This document shows positions 50,422-61,155 of a DNA stretch of 64,000 nucleotides, one piece after another. The position numbers and the translations under genes were made by a program. Source of the stretch: a virus. Its lineage: Duplodnaviria; Heunggongvirae; Uroviricota; Caudoviricetes. Where the stretch lies: the IMG/VR virus record IMGVR_UViG_2724679539_000005, positions 1 to 64,000 of that record. One strand, given 5' to 3'. Below the pieces are notes generated by a model that saw only the letters and a program-made list of their open reading frames with translations, was not told the DNA's origin and did not search any database. Each line of letters opens with the position of its first letter. The stretch's first letter is position 1.

Positions 50422-51891
50422 ATGTCTCAGTTACATGGTGTTGAAACAATTGAACTGACCTCGGGAACTGTGGCGGTGACCACTATCCAGACGGCTATTA
50501 TCGGTCTGGTGGGCACGGCACCGGAGTCGTCTGCCGGGAGTGCGGCAGCGGTCACCACCGGGACGCCGATTCTGGATAACGTTCTGAACTTCACAGCAAA
50601 GGAGAGGGGCCGGGCTGGCAATGTTATCCAGGTGGACGCGGTGGCGGCGGTACCAGATACGGAAAGCCCGCAGGCTGTTAACACATCGGCATCCTGGGAT
50701 GACGTTACGCACAAACTGACGGTGACACTGGGCTGTGATGAGCAGGGGGTGATCACGGCGCGACCTGCTGATGTGGTCAGTGTGGTCAATGCGCTGGATG
50801 GCGTCAAAGTTCAGGCCGAAGGCAGTGGCGAGGGGCTGTTGGTAACGTTCAGTGTAAAGCTGGAAGGGGGCGAAGATGAGCCTTTTCCGTTAAATACGCC
50901 TGTGGCTGTGGCGGGCACCGCGCTCATTAATCGTCTGGGAGACAAGGGGACTCTCAAACAGGCGCTGACAGAGATTAATGATCAGCGTAATGCGCTGACA
51001 GTGGTGGTGCGGGTGGCTGATGAAACTGACGGGGCAAAAAAACGGGCAGCCATACTGAAAGGGATTGGACTTCTGTCATCAGCAAAATCCATTACCACGT
51101 ATCAGCCACGTATTGTGATTGCGCCGGGATTCAGTGAGGACGATGCGGTCGGGAAAGCCCTGGAAACGGTGGCCGGGAAATTACGCGCGGTGGCTTATGT
51201 TGACTGTGCTTCCGGAGCAACGTTGCAGGAGGTGGTACAGCGCCGTCAGTCCTATGGTGCCCGTACTGAACTGTTGCGACCGCGTGTTCAGGCTGCCGAT
51301 GCGGATGGCCAGTTAGTGTATCGCCCTTACTCTGCTTTTGCCGCCGGATTACGTGCCCGTATCGACTACGAAAAGGGCTGGTGGTGGAGCAAATCGAACC
51401 AGGACATCAACAATATCCTCGGAGTGGAGCAGATCGACGAATTTATTCTCGGGGATGAAAACTGCGATGCGAACCTGCTCAACATGCAGAACGTATCCAC
51501 CATTATCCGTCGTGCGGGCTTTAAACACTGGGGAAACCGTCTGTGCGCAACCGATCCGCAGTGGCGTTTTGAATCCGTACGACGTACAGCAGATGTTATC
51601 GAGGACAGCATTCAGGAAACCATGCTGGAGTATGTTGACCGTCCGCTGGATCGCGAAAATGCCGATGACATTATCGGCACCATTAATGCCTATATGCGAC
51701 AACTGGTCGGACTGGGCGCCATCTTCGGTGGTCGGGCCTGGCTGGATGAAGAACTTAATACCGCAGAGAGCATGGCGGCAGGTGTTCTGTATATCAACTA
51801 TGACTTTGGACCGAAATCGCCGACTGAACTTATCAGTCTGCGCGTCCGGGTGAATAATAACTATGCGCTTGAGGAGATGCTGGCAGCATGA
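50422..51891 (+). CDS. Tail sheath protein (FI-like)
   Basis: About 490 aa preceding tube gene. Confidence 0.8.
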   Translation: MSQLHGVETIELTSGTVAVTTIQTAIIGLVGTAPESSAGSAAAVTTGTPILDNVLNFTAKERGRAGNVIQVDAVAAVPDTESPQAVNTSASWDDVTHKLTVTLGCDEQGVITARPADVVSVVNALDGVKVQAEGSGEGLLVTFSVKLEGGEDEPFPLNTPVAVAGTALINRLGDKGTLKQALTEINDQRNALTVVVRVADETDGAKKRAAILKGIGLLSSAKSITTYQPRIVIAPGFSEDDAVGKALETVAGKLRAVAYVDCASGATLQEVVQRRQSYGARTELLRPRVQAADADGQLVYRPYSAFAAGLRARIDYEKGWWWSKSNQDINNILGVEQIDEFILGDENCDANLLNMQNVSTIIRRAGFKHWGNRLCATDPQWRFESVRRTADVIEDSIQETMLEYVDRPLDRENADDIIGTINAYMRQLVGLGAIFGGRAWLDEELNTAESMAAGVLYINYDFGPKSPTELISLRVRVNNNYALEEMLAA

Positions 51892-52394
51892 GCGATAAAA
51901 ATACACTACGTGCCTGGACTTTCTTCCGGCAGGGGATCCGTATTCAGGGGGCGCATGAGTTTACGCCGCCATCGCTGACAATCGTGAAAACTGACCTGCG
52001 AACTGGTGCCCAGGATGCGCCCACGCCCGTGGATGACGGGATGGAAGCACTGACCTGTCAGGTGAAATTTTACGGTCTGGACACGGATATGCTGGCCAGC
52101 TTTGGATTTGTCAGTGGCAGTCGTTCCCGCTTTACGGCCTACCAGGGGTATCTCGGCAACGGTACTGCTCGCGGTACTGTTGAGGAAATTGAAGGGTTTA
52201 TTCAGGCTGTCACGCCAGATGCGCGGGGTAAGGATAATCTTTCTGAAAATGCCATCACGGTCGATATTGCGGTCAGTTATTACCGACAGACGCTGGATGG
52301 TCGTGAACTGTTTGCCATTGATACCGAGCGCTTTTCCCGTCGGGTAAATGGTGTCGATATGTTGTCGGGTCTGGCGGCAAAAGTTCGTCTCTGA
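51888..52394 (+). CDS. Tail tube protein (FII-like)
   Basis: 168 aa coupled to sheath gene. Confidence 0.75.
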   Translation: MSDKNTLRAWTFFRQGIRIQGAHEFTPPSLTIVKTDLRTGAQDAPTPVDDGMEALTCQVKFYGLDTDMLASFGFVSGSRSRFTAYQGYLGNGTARGTVEEIEGFIQAVTPDARGKDNLSENAITVDIAVSYYRQTLDGRELFAIDTERFSRRVNGVDMLSGLAAKVRL

Positions 52395-52418
52395 TTATTC
52401 CCGTTCTTTAACTACCTG

Positions 52419-52439
52419 ACGGCCTGCGGGCCGTTTTTT
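52419..52439 (+). terminator. Rho-independent terminator
   Basis: CGGCCTGCGGGCCG hairpin followed by T6. Confidence 0.5.
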
Positions 52440-52440
52440 A

Positions 52441-52752
52441 ATGGAGGTGATTATGCCTTTTCCCGGTGAAACCCGCGTTATCCGATTGTTTTCCCCTGTC
52501 ACTCTGGAGGGTGGCGTGATCCTTGAGGAAGTGACGATGCGTGAACCGCTGGTGCGCGATCGTATTGCTCATGCCAAAGATCGTGGCAATGAAGAAGAAA
52601 AAGAAGCCCGGATGATTGCGCTGTTGTGCAACCTCAGTGAAAAGGACATCTGGCAACTGACGGCTGCAGACTATGCGCAACTGCTGGATGCCTTCAATGT
52701 TTTTATGCTGCCGCCCGCGAAGCGTCCGAAAGACACCTCCTCCGGGCGATAA
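52441..52752 (+). CDS. Tail assembly chaperone
   Basis: Small ORF between tube and tape measure. Confidence 0.5.
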   Translation: MEVIMPFPGETRVIRLFSPVTLEGGVILEEVTMREPLVRDRIAHAKDRGNEEEKEARMIALLCNLSEKDIWQLTAADYAQLLDAFNVFMLPPAKRPKDTSSGR

Positions 52753-52854
52753 AACTCCTTGGACGGCGACTGCATTTTCCTATGTCGGACTATCTGGATA
52801 TGCCGTTCAGCACTTTCTCTGATTTTCTTACTGATGAACTGGAGACGATGAACC

Positions 52855-54765
52855 GTGGGCGGAATAAGCCAGAATCTTAAAGCCGTTATCACGTTTGGCG
52901 GTAACCTGGACAGTTCATGGAAGCGCTCGGCTGACGGTTTACAAAAGAGCCTGAATGATGTCGGGAAACGTTCAGAACGTCTGACAAAGGAGCAGGCAAA
53001 ACTGGCTGCTGAAATTAAACGCGCGAAACTGGCAGGTGAAAGTCTGGGGAATTTGAAACGCCGTTATAGCGAAGTTTCCAGAGAGATCCGCAAGGCAGAG
53101 GCAGAGCAGCAGAAACTGAATGTCCAGATGCAAAAAGCACAGCGGATTGAGGCATTCAAAGGTGCCGGGAAGGGATTGTTCCGGCGTGGTCTGGGGATTG
53201 CCGGTCAGGTCGGAGGTATGTTCGGTACCGGACTGGCATTTGGTGGCGGTGGTGTGGTGGCCTCAGCGCTCGGCACGCTTATCGCCCCGGCGGCAACGAA
53301 TGCTGAAACTGCCACCCGCGCCAGTGTGGCGAAAAGCTACGGTGTGGATGTCGCCACCTTCAGTGCGTGGGACTCCCTGGCCCGTCAGTACGATATGAAT
53401 GCCGAAAATATTGGTGACCTTTTTGAGGAGTATCTGCACAAAGCGGGTGAGTATAAGCAAAATGGGAAACAGGGCTCTCTGCAGGATGCCTTTGAAACGC
53501 TGGGGTTTAAAGAGGGCGATTTTGCCGGGCTCAGTGATATGGCGCAGTTCGATAAAATTGTTGAGCGGGCGCTCAGTCTCCAGGATGAGGCAAAAGCATC
53601 TTTTGCGCTGGACTCTCTTTTTGGCGGGGAGGCCAGTAAGCTGCTGATGCTGATCAAACAGTCGGGCAGAAGCTACCGGGAGCTGATGGACGAGCAGCGT
53701 CGTTATAACCTGGTGACCCGGGAGGGGGCAGAAGGTGCGATTGCCGGTAATCAGGCTATCAGTAATCTGCGCACGGTGTTCTCTTCGGCGGTGGCGGAGA
53801 TTTCCGGGCAACTGGGTAATGAGCTGGCACCTGATATCCGGCGATTAACGGACGATTTGGCAGACTGGTTTAAAGGGGGCGGCGTCAGGCGTATTGTCAC
53901 TTTCCTGCGTAACGATCTTTATCCCGGGGTGTTGAGCTTTGGTCAGGGCGTGGTTTTTGTTGGCAAAATTGTCTATGCGCTGGCTAAAAAACTGGCCTGG
54001 CTGTTACCGGATGAGCGTGAAGATCAGCGTGATGTGCTGAAGGCGCTCGCCAGAAGTGGTTCCGTTGACCTTGCCAGACTGACCGCGCAGCGAAGTGGAC
54101 AGGGGGAATGGTTTGAACAGCAGTTAACAGCGCATCCGGACTTACCGGAAAAGGTGAAACGGTCCTGGACATCGACACGTGGTTATTTTGGTTTTGATTC
54201 GGATGATGAGGCATTTAACCAGTCTGTTGATCACTATCTGACCCCGGAAAGCCACGAATCCTTATTAAACTGGAATACCGCTTTACAGCGTAACCAGCGG
54301 GAGTCTGCATCGTTTCCCCCGGTAACAACGGAAAATAACACAGTTATTCATACCGCTCCGATGACGACAGAAAACAACACATTTATGCATTACGTTCCGG
54401 CAATGACGGAGAACAATACCGAAGCCTGGAATAAAGATGTGTTACCTCCCGTCTTTCCTGCTGTTCTACCGGAATTCACATTTTCTTCACGACAACAACA
54501 AGCCGCGGATCCGCGTTCTGCCAGAGAGCAGGAGGACAAAACAGGGGGCTACTGGGAAAATCTGCTGCAGAAAATGGACGCACTGGATAAACAGCCGCCG
54601 TCCAGGCAGGTTATCGATAACCGGAAGTTTGATTATCACTTCGAAATTAATGCAGCTCCCGGGCAGGATGAAAAAGCCATTGCCGATGAACTGACCACGG
54701 TCACCCGAAATAATCCGGCTTTTAACGGGGACAACCGTCTGACGGATGGAGGACTGGTCTGGTGA
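52855..54765 (+). CDS. Tail tape measure protein
   Basis: 636 aa, coiled-coil N-terminus, Gly/Ala-rich hydrophobic segment. Confidence 0.75.
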   Translation: MGGISQNLKAVITFGGNLDSSWKRSADGLQKSLNDVGKRSERLTKEQAKLAAEIKRAKLAGESLGNLKRRYSEVSREIRKAEAEQQKLNVQMQKAQRIEAFKGAGKGLFRRGLGIAGQVGGMFGTGLAFGGGGVVASALGTLIAPAATNAETATRASVAKSYGVDVATFSAWDSLARQYDMNAENIGDLFEEYLHKAGEYKQNGKQGSLQDAFETLGFKEGDFAGLSDMAQFDKIVERALSLQDEAKASFALDSLFGGEASKLLMLIKQSGRSYRELMDEQRRYNLVTREGAEGAIAGNQAISNLRTVFSSAVAEISGQLGNELAPDIRRLTDDLADWFKGGGVRRIVTFLRNDLYPGVLSFGQGVVFVGKIVYALAKKLAWLLPDEREDQRDVLKALARSGSVDLARLTAQRSGQGEWFEQQLTAHPDLPEKVKRSWTSTRGYFGFDSDDEAFNQSVDHYLTPESHESLLNWNTALQRNQRESASFPPVTTENNTVIHTAPMTTENNTFMHYVPAMTENNTEAWNKDVLPPVFPAVLPEFTFSSRQQQAADPRSAREQEDKTGGYWENLLQKMDALDKQPPSRQVIDNRKFDYHFEINAAPGQDEKAIADELTTVTRNNPAFNGDNRLTDGGLVW

Positions 54766-55232
54766 GTAATTTCATGTCTTTTATTGATGAATTTGGTCAG
54801 CAACAGGCTGAAAACCTGCGTTCGGCAGGAGCCGCCCGCGTGATGATGATGCTGGGAGATTTTGCTTTTTCGATTGATACGACAGCCTATAACCAGCTGA
54901 CCCGCGAAGCAACCTGGCGCTGGAGCGAACAGGAGCGCATTGGTAAGCAGGATCTTCTCCAGTACACCGGAAAGCCGGGGCGTACCGTCAGACTTGAAGG
55001 CGAATCCCATGCCTTTTTTCGAAAAGGTGTTGGCCCCGTCAATGACCTGTTTGCTCTTGCCGACCAGGCGAAGCCACTGCAGCTGGTCAGTGGAGAAGGG
55101 GATGTTCTGGGATGGTGGGTGGTAACTGACTTTACTGACACCACTAACCGGTTCCTGCCGGGAGGTGGTCACCGTAATAAAAACTGGACAATGACACTGA
55201 AACACTATGCCGACGATATATCAAACCCGTGA
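54762..55232 (+). CDS. Tail protein (P2 gpU-like)
   Basis: 156 aa following tape measure. Confidence 0.5.
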   Translation: MSNFMSFIDEFGQQQAENLRSAGAARVMMMLGDFAFSIDTTAYNQLTREATWRWSEQERIGKQDLLQYTGKPGRTVRLEGESHAFFRKGVGPVNDLFALADQAKPLQLVSGEGDVLGWWVVTDFTDTTNRFLPGGGHRNKNWTMTLKHYADDISNP

Positions 55233-55422
55233 CGGTGATGTGCTGGATGCGATTTGCGCCGCGCACTATGGCAGCGAAAATCTCGCTGACACGATAATCC
55301 AGGTTCTGGAGGCAAATCCCGGGCTGGCTGATCGTGGCGCGGTATATCCCTCCGGTCTGTCTGTTATTCTGCCGGAACGGGTGATCCCGGTTGTGGAGTC
55401 TGCTTTCAGCTTATGGGATTAA
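55207..55422 (+). CDS. Tail protein X (P2 gpX-like)
   Basis: DVLDAICAAHYG..ANPGLA..LWD resembles P2 gpX. Confidence 0.7.
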   Translation: MPTIYQTRDGDVLDAICAAHYGSENLADTIIQVLEANPGLADRGAVYPSGLSVILPERVIPVVESAFSLWD

Positions 55423-55423
55423 T

Positions 55424-56542
55424 ATGGTTTCTCAGACGATGACTCCTGAATATGCGCCAGCATTCCGCATAAAGGCAGAAGGGAAAGATATTACCCGCAT
55501 ACTTGAGCAATGCCTTTCTGAACTGACGCTGACAGATTACGGTGGCGCGACCGCCAGAGCCGATGAACTGAAAATTACCCTGCTTTCTGAAACGCTGACA
55601 CTTCCGCCCAGAGGGGCGCGACTACAGGTTGCGCTGGGATTTAATGAGCAGCTTGTCGATAAAGGCTGGTTTGTTGTCAGCGGAGTTGCCAGCAGTGGGC
55701 CACCGAGGCGCATTGAAATTTATGCCACCGCAGCGCCCATGAATGCACGGAAGCAACCCGGTGACGTCACCAGTCAGAAAACACGAAGCTGGGATAACAT
55801 TCGTCTGGAGGATGTGGTGAAAACCGTGGCCACCGATAATGGCCTGATCCCCAGAGTCGCTGCCGTGCTGAAAGATATTCACATTAACCACATCGACCAG
55901 GTGGCTGAATCTGATGCTAACCTGCTGTCCCGGCTTGCCCGCATCTACAACGCGGTGAGTAAACCTTCCGGTGGTTACTGGCTTTTTCTGCCGCAGGGGG
56001 CGACAGCGACCGTTTCCGGTAAACAGATTGACAGTATCACCATTACGCCTGCAGACGTGACAACGTGGTCATACAGTGAAGGTGAGCGGGGGAGTTCCAC
56101 GGGTAAGGTCACGGAAAGTGGGGGTAAAGCAAAAGAGAAAATCGGGGTTCGCTATTACGATGAAGTGGATGGCAGGACAAAAACCGCAGCGGTCGAACAT
56201 GACGGACCGGCAATGACCAACCCGTATACCCAGTCAGAAAAGGATACGGCAGAGAAGCAGGCGAAAGCACGAAAAACACAGGTAAGACGGAATGAGCAGA
56301 AAATGACGCTCACCGGCCCCTGCCGACCACAGCATATTCCCCTGACGGCAGAAGCAGGGGTGGCAACCTCAGGATTTGGTACCCGGGAAGACAGAGCCTG
56401 GGTGGTTGAGTCGCTGGTCTTTTCACTGACCGCTGCCGGATTCAGTTATACCTGCAATCTGGTGGTGGATATTCACAAACCACAAAAATCCGCAAAAAAA
56501 TCGAAGCAACAGGATAAAACTGGTCCGGCTTACTTCGGTTAA
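55424..56542 (+). CDS. Tail protein D (P2 gpD-like)
   Basis: About 370 aa in gpD position. Confidence 0.65.
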   Translation: MVSQTMTPEYAPAFRIKAEGKDITRILEQCLSELTLTDYGGATARADELKITLLSETLTLPPRGARLQVALGFNEQLVDKGWFVVSGVASSGPPRRIEIYATAAPMNARKQPGDVTSQKTRSWDNIRLEDVVKTVATDNGLIPRVAAVLKDIHINHIDQVAESDANLLSRLARIYNAVSKPSGGYWLFLPQGATATVSGKQIDSITITPADVTTWSYSEGERGSSTGKVTESGGKAKEKIGVRYYDEVDGRTKTAAVEHDGPAMTNPYTQSEKDTAEKQAKARKTQVRRNEQKMTLTGPCRPQHIPLTAEAGVATSGFGTREDRAWVVESLVFSLTAAGFSYTCNLVVDIHKPQKSAKKSKQQDKTGPAYFG

Positions 56543-56582
56543 TCCATCGCGCCATCCGGCGCTTTTGTAACGGAAAATCATC

Positions 56583-56936
56583 ATGAACGGTGTAAACAGC
56601 CGGACAGGCAAACGTCTGTCTGGCGTGGCGCATTTGCGCCAGTCTGTCCGGGACATTCTGACCACGCCCGTCGGGAGTCGTGTGCTGATCCGTGACTATG
56701 GCAGTGAACTGTTTTCGTTGCTGGATAACCCACGGGATGACCTGACGCGCCTGCGGATAATCGCCGCCTCAGCGACTGCACTGGCTCGCTGGGAGCCGCG
56801 TTTAAAGGTGACGCGGGTGATGGTCTCCTTCCCGGCGGGCGAATCCGGTTGTGTTCTGGATATCGAAGGGATCAACAAAGAAGACGGCTTACCCGTCAGA
56901 ACAGGAGAAATAACGCTAAATGCCCAACAGTTATGA
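56583..56936 (+). CDS. Baseplate protein gpW (gp25-like)
   Basis: 117 aa with GPW/gp25-type motifs. Confidence 0.7.
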   Translation: MNGVNSRTGKRLSGVAHLRQSVRDILTTPVGSRVLIRDYGSELFSLLDNPRDDLTRLRIIAASATALARWEPRLKVTRVMVSFPAGESGCVLDIEGINKEDGLPVRTGEITLNAQQL

Positions 56937-57840
56937 TGTGATCAATCTGTCTGAACTCGCTGTTCCTGATGCGCTTGTAGTGCCGGATGCCACAGAGATT
57001 TTCTCCCGATGGCTGGCACGTCTGCAGGAGCTGGATCCGCAGTTTGATGCGCTGGTAGAGTCCGATCCGGCGTTTAAACAGGGAGAGGTGAATGCATATC
57101 AGCTGACGCTGGCCTTTCAGCGTGTCAATGATGCAGTGCGGGCAGTATTTCTTGCCAGCGCCAGAGGCGCAGACCTTGATCAGATTGGCGCTGCCTTCAA
57201 TGTTAAACGCCAGGTTATCAGACCGGGTGATCCGGATGCCGTTCCCCCCGTCGAAGTGGAACTGGAAGATGACGGCGCATTTCGTGAACGTATTCAGTTG
57301 TCCTGGGCACAGTTAAATACGGCGGGTGCCCGCAACGCTTACCGCTTCCATGCGAAATCGGCGGATACCGATGTGCTGGATGCTGAAGCTTATGGCCCCG
57401 AAACACACAGCCGCCCGGGGTGTGTTGATGTGTATGTGCTTTCCCGTACGGGAGACGGAACAGCAGCTGCACCACTGCTGGATAAAGTTAACAGCACACT
57501 GAATGCCGATGAAATCCGTCCATTGACAGACTACGTGACGGTGAAGAGCGCCACTATCAAAAATTATGCCATCACGGCTGAACTGGAGATCCCGGACGGC
57601 CCGGACGCCACGACAGTTCTGAACAATGCCATTGAAGCCTTGCAGTCCTACACCATGCTGTCTCACCGGATTAACACCGTGGTGCCGTTATCTGCCATCT
57701 ATGCCGCTTTACAGCAATCCGGTGTGGTTCGCGTCAGACTGATCTCCCCCGTGGCTGATCTGGAAGCCGAAGCCGGAAAAGCACCGTGGTGTACTGCCAT
57801 CAACGTCACCCGCAGGGAGGTAAGCAGCCATGACGGATAA
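56920..57840 (+). CDS. Baseplate protein J
   Basis: 306 aa in gpJ position. Confidence 0.75.
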   Translation: MPNSYDVINLSELAVPDALVVPDATEIFSRWLARLQELDPQFDALVESDPAFKQGEVNAYQLTLAFQRVNDAVRAVFLASARGADLDQIGAAFNVKRQVIRPGDPDAVPPVEVELEDDGAFRERIQLSWAQLNTAGARNAYRFHAKSADTDVLDAEAYGPETHSRPGCVDVYVLSRTGDGTAAAPLLDKVNSTLNADEIRPLTDYVTVKSATIKNYAITAELEIPDGPDATTVLNNAIEALQSYTMLSHRINTVVPLSAIYAALQQSGVVRVRLISPVADLEAEAGKAPWCTAINVTRREVSSHDG

Positions 57841-58393
57841 ATTTCGCTCCCTGCTGCCGCCGGGCGCATTTCATGAAGAACGGGTGCAGGAGCAGGCGAC
57901 GACAGAACACATCATCGCACTGGATACCAACATGGTGCGTAAGGTGAAAGATGCGGCCAGCTGCCCGGCACATCTTTTACCGTGGCTTGCGTGGGAACAT
58001 GCCGTCGATTTCTGGGATGACAGCTGGACAGAGACACAAAAGCGCCAGGTGATTAAGGACGCCGCTTACGTGCATCAGCACCGGGGAACGGCGGGTGCGG
58101 TCAGGCGTTCTCTGGGGGCGGTAAACCTGCCGACCACTGTCGTGGAGTGGTGGCAGGATTCACCGCAGGCTGCACCCTACACATTCCGGATTGAAGTTCA
58201 CAGCAGTCAGGGCGTCAGCGATGCACTGTATCACCAGATTCGTCAGCTTACTGACCGGGCTAAAAACCTGCGCAGTCATCTGAGCAAAATAGATGTTCTG
58301 GCGAATATCGGGATGGATGGCGCTTTTTATATTTCAGGTGCGACGACAGCACATATCGATGTGGATATTTTTGCCGGGGAGTCTCATGGCTGA
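57830..58393 (+). CDS. Tail protein I (P2 gpI-like)
   Basis: 187 aa coupled between J and fibre gene. Confidence 0.6.
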   Translation: MTDKFRSLLPPGAFHEERVQEQATTEHIIALDTNMVRKVKDAASCPAHLLPWLAWEHAVDFWDDSWTETQKRQVIKDAAYVHQHRGTAGAVRRSLGAVNLPTTVVEWWQDSPQAAPYTFRIEVHSSQGVSDALYHQIRQLTDRAKNLRSHLSKIDVLANIGMDGAFYISGATTAHIDVDIFAGESHG

Positions 58394-60083
58394 ATATTAT
58401 TCAATTATTACTAACCGGGGAAAAGAACTGGAGGCGGAAGCGCTTGCCAGTGGTAGCCAGATTATTCTGACACAGTTTGTGGTTGGCGACAGTAATGGCA
58501 AACCGCTGAAACCCGATCCGGCACAAACGCAGCTTGTTAATGAAACCTACCGTGGAGATATTGCAGAGCTGGTGGTATCACCGGAACAGCCGACACAGCT
58601 CATGGCCAGAATTGTGCTGCCAACGGGAACGGGGGGGTTTACAGTCCGCGAAGTGGGACTGATGACTGATGGGGGGGAATTGTATGCCGTGGCGAACTGC
58701 CCGGCGATTGACAAACCGGTTGGCGGTGTCAGCGTCAATATGCAGTTCCGGCTTGCTGTATCTGACACCTCAAACATCACGTTAAATGTGGCAACGGGAG
58801 ACGGACTTTTTCTGCGCATTGACCAGAACCTGAAGGAAATCAAAGCGCGCGGAGCTGGCGCGCAAAAAGAATCCCGCGAGTCTCTTGGTGTTCTGGATGC
58901 CACGACTAAGCAAAAAGGTCTGGTGCAACTGAACAGTGCGGTGAACAGCACCAGTGAGACACAGGCAGCGACATCAAAGGCGGTTAAGACAGCATATGAC
59001 CTTGCTGATGGCAAATACACTGCACAGGACGCCACCACGGCACGAAAAGGGATTGTTCAGTTAAGCAGCGCCACTAACAGTGATTCTGAAACGCTTGCCG
59101 CGACTCCGAAAGCGGTGAAAGCTGCCAATGACAATGCAAACGGGCGTGTGCCCTCAGGACGTAAGGTTAATGGCAAACCACTGAACAATGATGTCAATGT
59201 TACATCGCAGGATATTTTTAACGGTCAGAGTATTGAGATTGGTGCAAACCAGAATCTGGATAATTACAAAACGCCGGGGCTGTACCATCAGCCACTGAAT
59301 GCCAATACAAGCGCAGTGCTGAAATACCCTGAGAATCTTTCAGGTACTCTGGTTGTGCTTAAAAATGCCGGAATAACACAAATTTACTATGTGTATAACA
59401 CATCCAGAAGCTATACCCGCAGCCAGTACTCAACGGGTGGCTGGACACCATGGACGCCGCAGGATTCATTTCCGGTAGGTGCGGCGATTCCGTGGCCTTC
59501 TGATTCAGTACCTACAGGCTATGCCATTATGCAGGGGCAGACTTTTGACAAGGCAGCCTATCCCCTGCTTGCAGGAGCTTATCCGTCAGGAGTGATTCCC
59601 GATATGCGGGGCTGGACAATCAAGGGCAAACCCGCCAGTGGCCGCGCTGTATTGTCTCAGGAACAGGACGGTATTAAATCGCATACTCACAGCGCCAGTG
59701 CGTCAAATACGGATTTAGGAACGAAAACGACAAGTTCATTTGATTACGGCACGAAGACAGTCAGCACGTTTAACCATGGTACCAAAACCACCAATACAAC
59801 AGGTAATCATACCCATACAATTTACAGGGGTAATGCCAGAACCAACAGTGAAACCGGTTATACGGGTTTTGATAATCCATCATTTAATGGAACATCAAGT
59901 GCAGCAGGGAACCATGCTCATACTGTTGACATTGGTCAACATAACCACACCGTAGGTATTGGTGCCCATGCACACACTGTGGCATTGGGGGCGCACGGAC
60001 ACACCATCACGGTCAATGCTACGGGGAATGCAGAGAACACCGTAAAAAACGTTGCATATAACTATATTGTGAGGCTGGCATAA
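58386..60083 (+). CDS. Tail fibre protein
   Basis: Conserved N-terminus [12 protein letters not shown]; His-rich C-terminal repeats. Confidence 0.8.
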   Translation: MAEYYSIITNRGKELEAEALASGSQIILTQFVVGDSNGKPLKPDPAQTQLVNETYRGDIAELVVSPEQPTQLMARIVLPTGTGGFTVREVGLMTDGGELYAVANCPAIDKPVGGVSVNMQFRLAVSDTSNITLNVATGDGLFLRIDQNLKEIKARGAGAQKESRESLGVLDATTKQKGLVQLNSAVNSTSETQAATSKAVKTAYDLADGKYTAQDATTARKGIVQLSSATNSDSETLAATPKAVKAANDNANGRVPSGRKVNGKPLNNDVNVTSQDIFNGQSIEIGANQNLDNYKTPGLYHQPLNANTSAVLKYPENLSGTLVVLKNAGITQIYYVYNTSRSYTRSQYSTGGWTPWTPQDSFPVGAAIPWPSDSVPTGYAIMQGQTFDKAAYPLLAGAYPSGVIPDMRGWTIKGKPASGRAVLSQEQDGIKSHTHSASASNTDLGTKTTSSFDYGTKTVSTFNHGTKTTNTTGNHTHTIYRGNARTNSETGYTGFDNPSFNGTSSAAGNHAHTVDIGQHNHTVGIGAHAHTVALGAHGHTITVNATGNAENTVKNVAYNYIVRLA

Positions 60084-60667
60084 TGACTTTCAGAATGAGT
60101 GCAGAGGCACAAACTATTCGTGTATTTAATTTACTGGATGGAAGCAATGAATTTATTGGCGAAAGCGATGCATATATTCCACCGTATACAGGTCTGCCTG
60201 CAAACAGTACAGATATTGCACCTCCAGATATTCCAGCTGGCTATGCTGCCGTTTTCAATGCAGACGAAATGAAATGGCATTTGACAGAGGACCATCGTGG
60301 GAAAACTGTCTATGAAACAAAAACAGGAGCAGCCATTTATATTTCTGAACTTGGTGCATTACCTCCTGACGTGACAACAATTTCCCCGACTGGCAATTAT
60401 CAGAAATGGAACGGGAATGCGTGGGTCGATGATGTAGATGCGGAGCGTGTGGCACTTATCAACGAAGCCGAATCGCAGAAGAAAGAGCTGCTCAGACATG
60501 CAAGTGAAATCATCGCCACCTTACAGGACGCTGTTGATTTAGATATGGCGACCGATGAGGAAAAATTACGTCTGAATGAATGGAAAAAATATCGAGTTTT
60601 ATTGAATCGTATCCGACCGGAGAATGCTCCGGATATCGAGTGGCCGGTAATCCCTGTCATGGAATAA
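60083..60667 (+). CDS. tfa: Tail fibre assembly protein
   Basis: 194 aa; C-terminal motif [13 protein letters not shown]. Confidence 0.8.
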   Translation: MTFRMSAEAQTIRVFNLLDGSNEFIGESDAYIPPYTGLPANSTDIAPPDIPAGYAAVFNADEMKWHLTEDHRGKTVYETKTGAAIYISELGALPPDVTTISPTGNYQKWNGNAWVDDVDAERVALINEAESQKKELLRHASEIIATLQDAVDLDMATDEEKLRLNEWKKYRVLLNRIRPENAPDIEWPVIPVME

Positions 60668-61108
60668 TCGTTTTGTGATATGCCGCAGACACGTAGCATG
60701 CAATAACGTGCTGCGGCTGGCTGGTGAACTTCCGATAGTGCGAGTATTGAATGATTTCCAGCCGTTACCGATTTTACGTGTTAATACTTCCACATCATTT
60801 AAACGGTTTGTAAGTTCCTGGTAGGTAATTCTCCCGTTAACATGCCTATGGCGCCGTTTGGTTTCAGGCTTATCTTTTTTTGCGTAATAAAAGGTGAGAC
60901 AAAAATGAGACACACAAAGCTTTGTACTGGATTGCAAGGCTTTGCGCTCTTCTGTGGATGTGTGGCTACATGTTTGAAGATCGTTGTGCCGTATTTGTGA
61001 CATACACATGACAACATCATGCATCAACTTTCTGTTTGTGCCATCAACTATAGCTTAGTGAATGCGGTTAATGCTTGCTAAAACAGATAGTTATGATTGG
61101 TGCTACAG

Positions 61109-61153
61109 ATTCGTAATGCGAAGGTCGTAGGTTCGACTCCTATTATCGCACCA
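61109..61153 (+). pseudogene. 3-prime half of a tRNA-Thr(CGU)-like gene (thrW-like), no matching 5-prime half
   Basis: ATTCGTAATGCGAAGGTCGTAGGTTCGACTCCTATTATCG..CACCA matches anticodon loop, T-arm and acceptor of tRNA-Thr as I recall it; upstream bases cannot pair as acceptor/D-arm. Confidence 0.6.
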
Positions 61154-61155
61154 TC
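61139..61155 (+). repeat. attR core: 17-bp direct repeat CCTATTATCGCACCATC
   Basis: Identical to 19363-19379. Confidence 0.7.

Larger units (their letters stand above)
19363..61155. mobile_element. Lambdoid prophage with P2-type contractile tail (about 41.8 kb)
   Basis: Lambda gene order from int to tail fibre, bounded by the 17-bp direct repeats. Confidence 0.85.

Noticed and set aside
61075-61153. Possible intact tRNA gene at the right prophage end
   Set aside because: Only the anticodon loop to 3-prime end is tRNA-like; upstream bases cannot form acceptor or D-arm pairing, so it is a partial copy.
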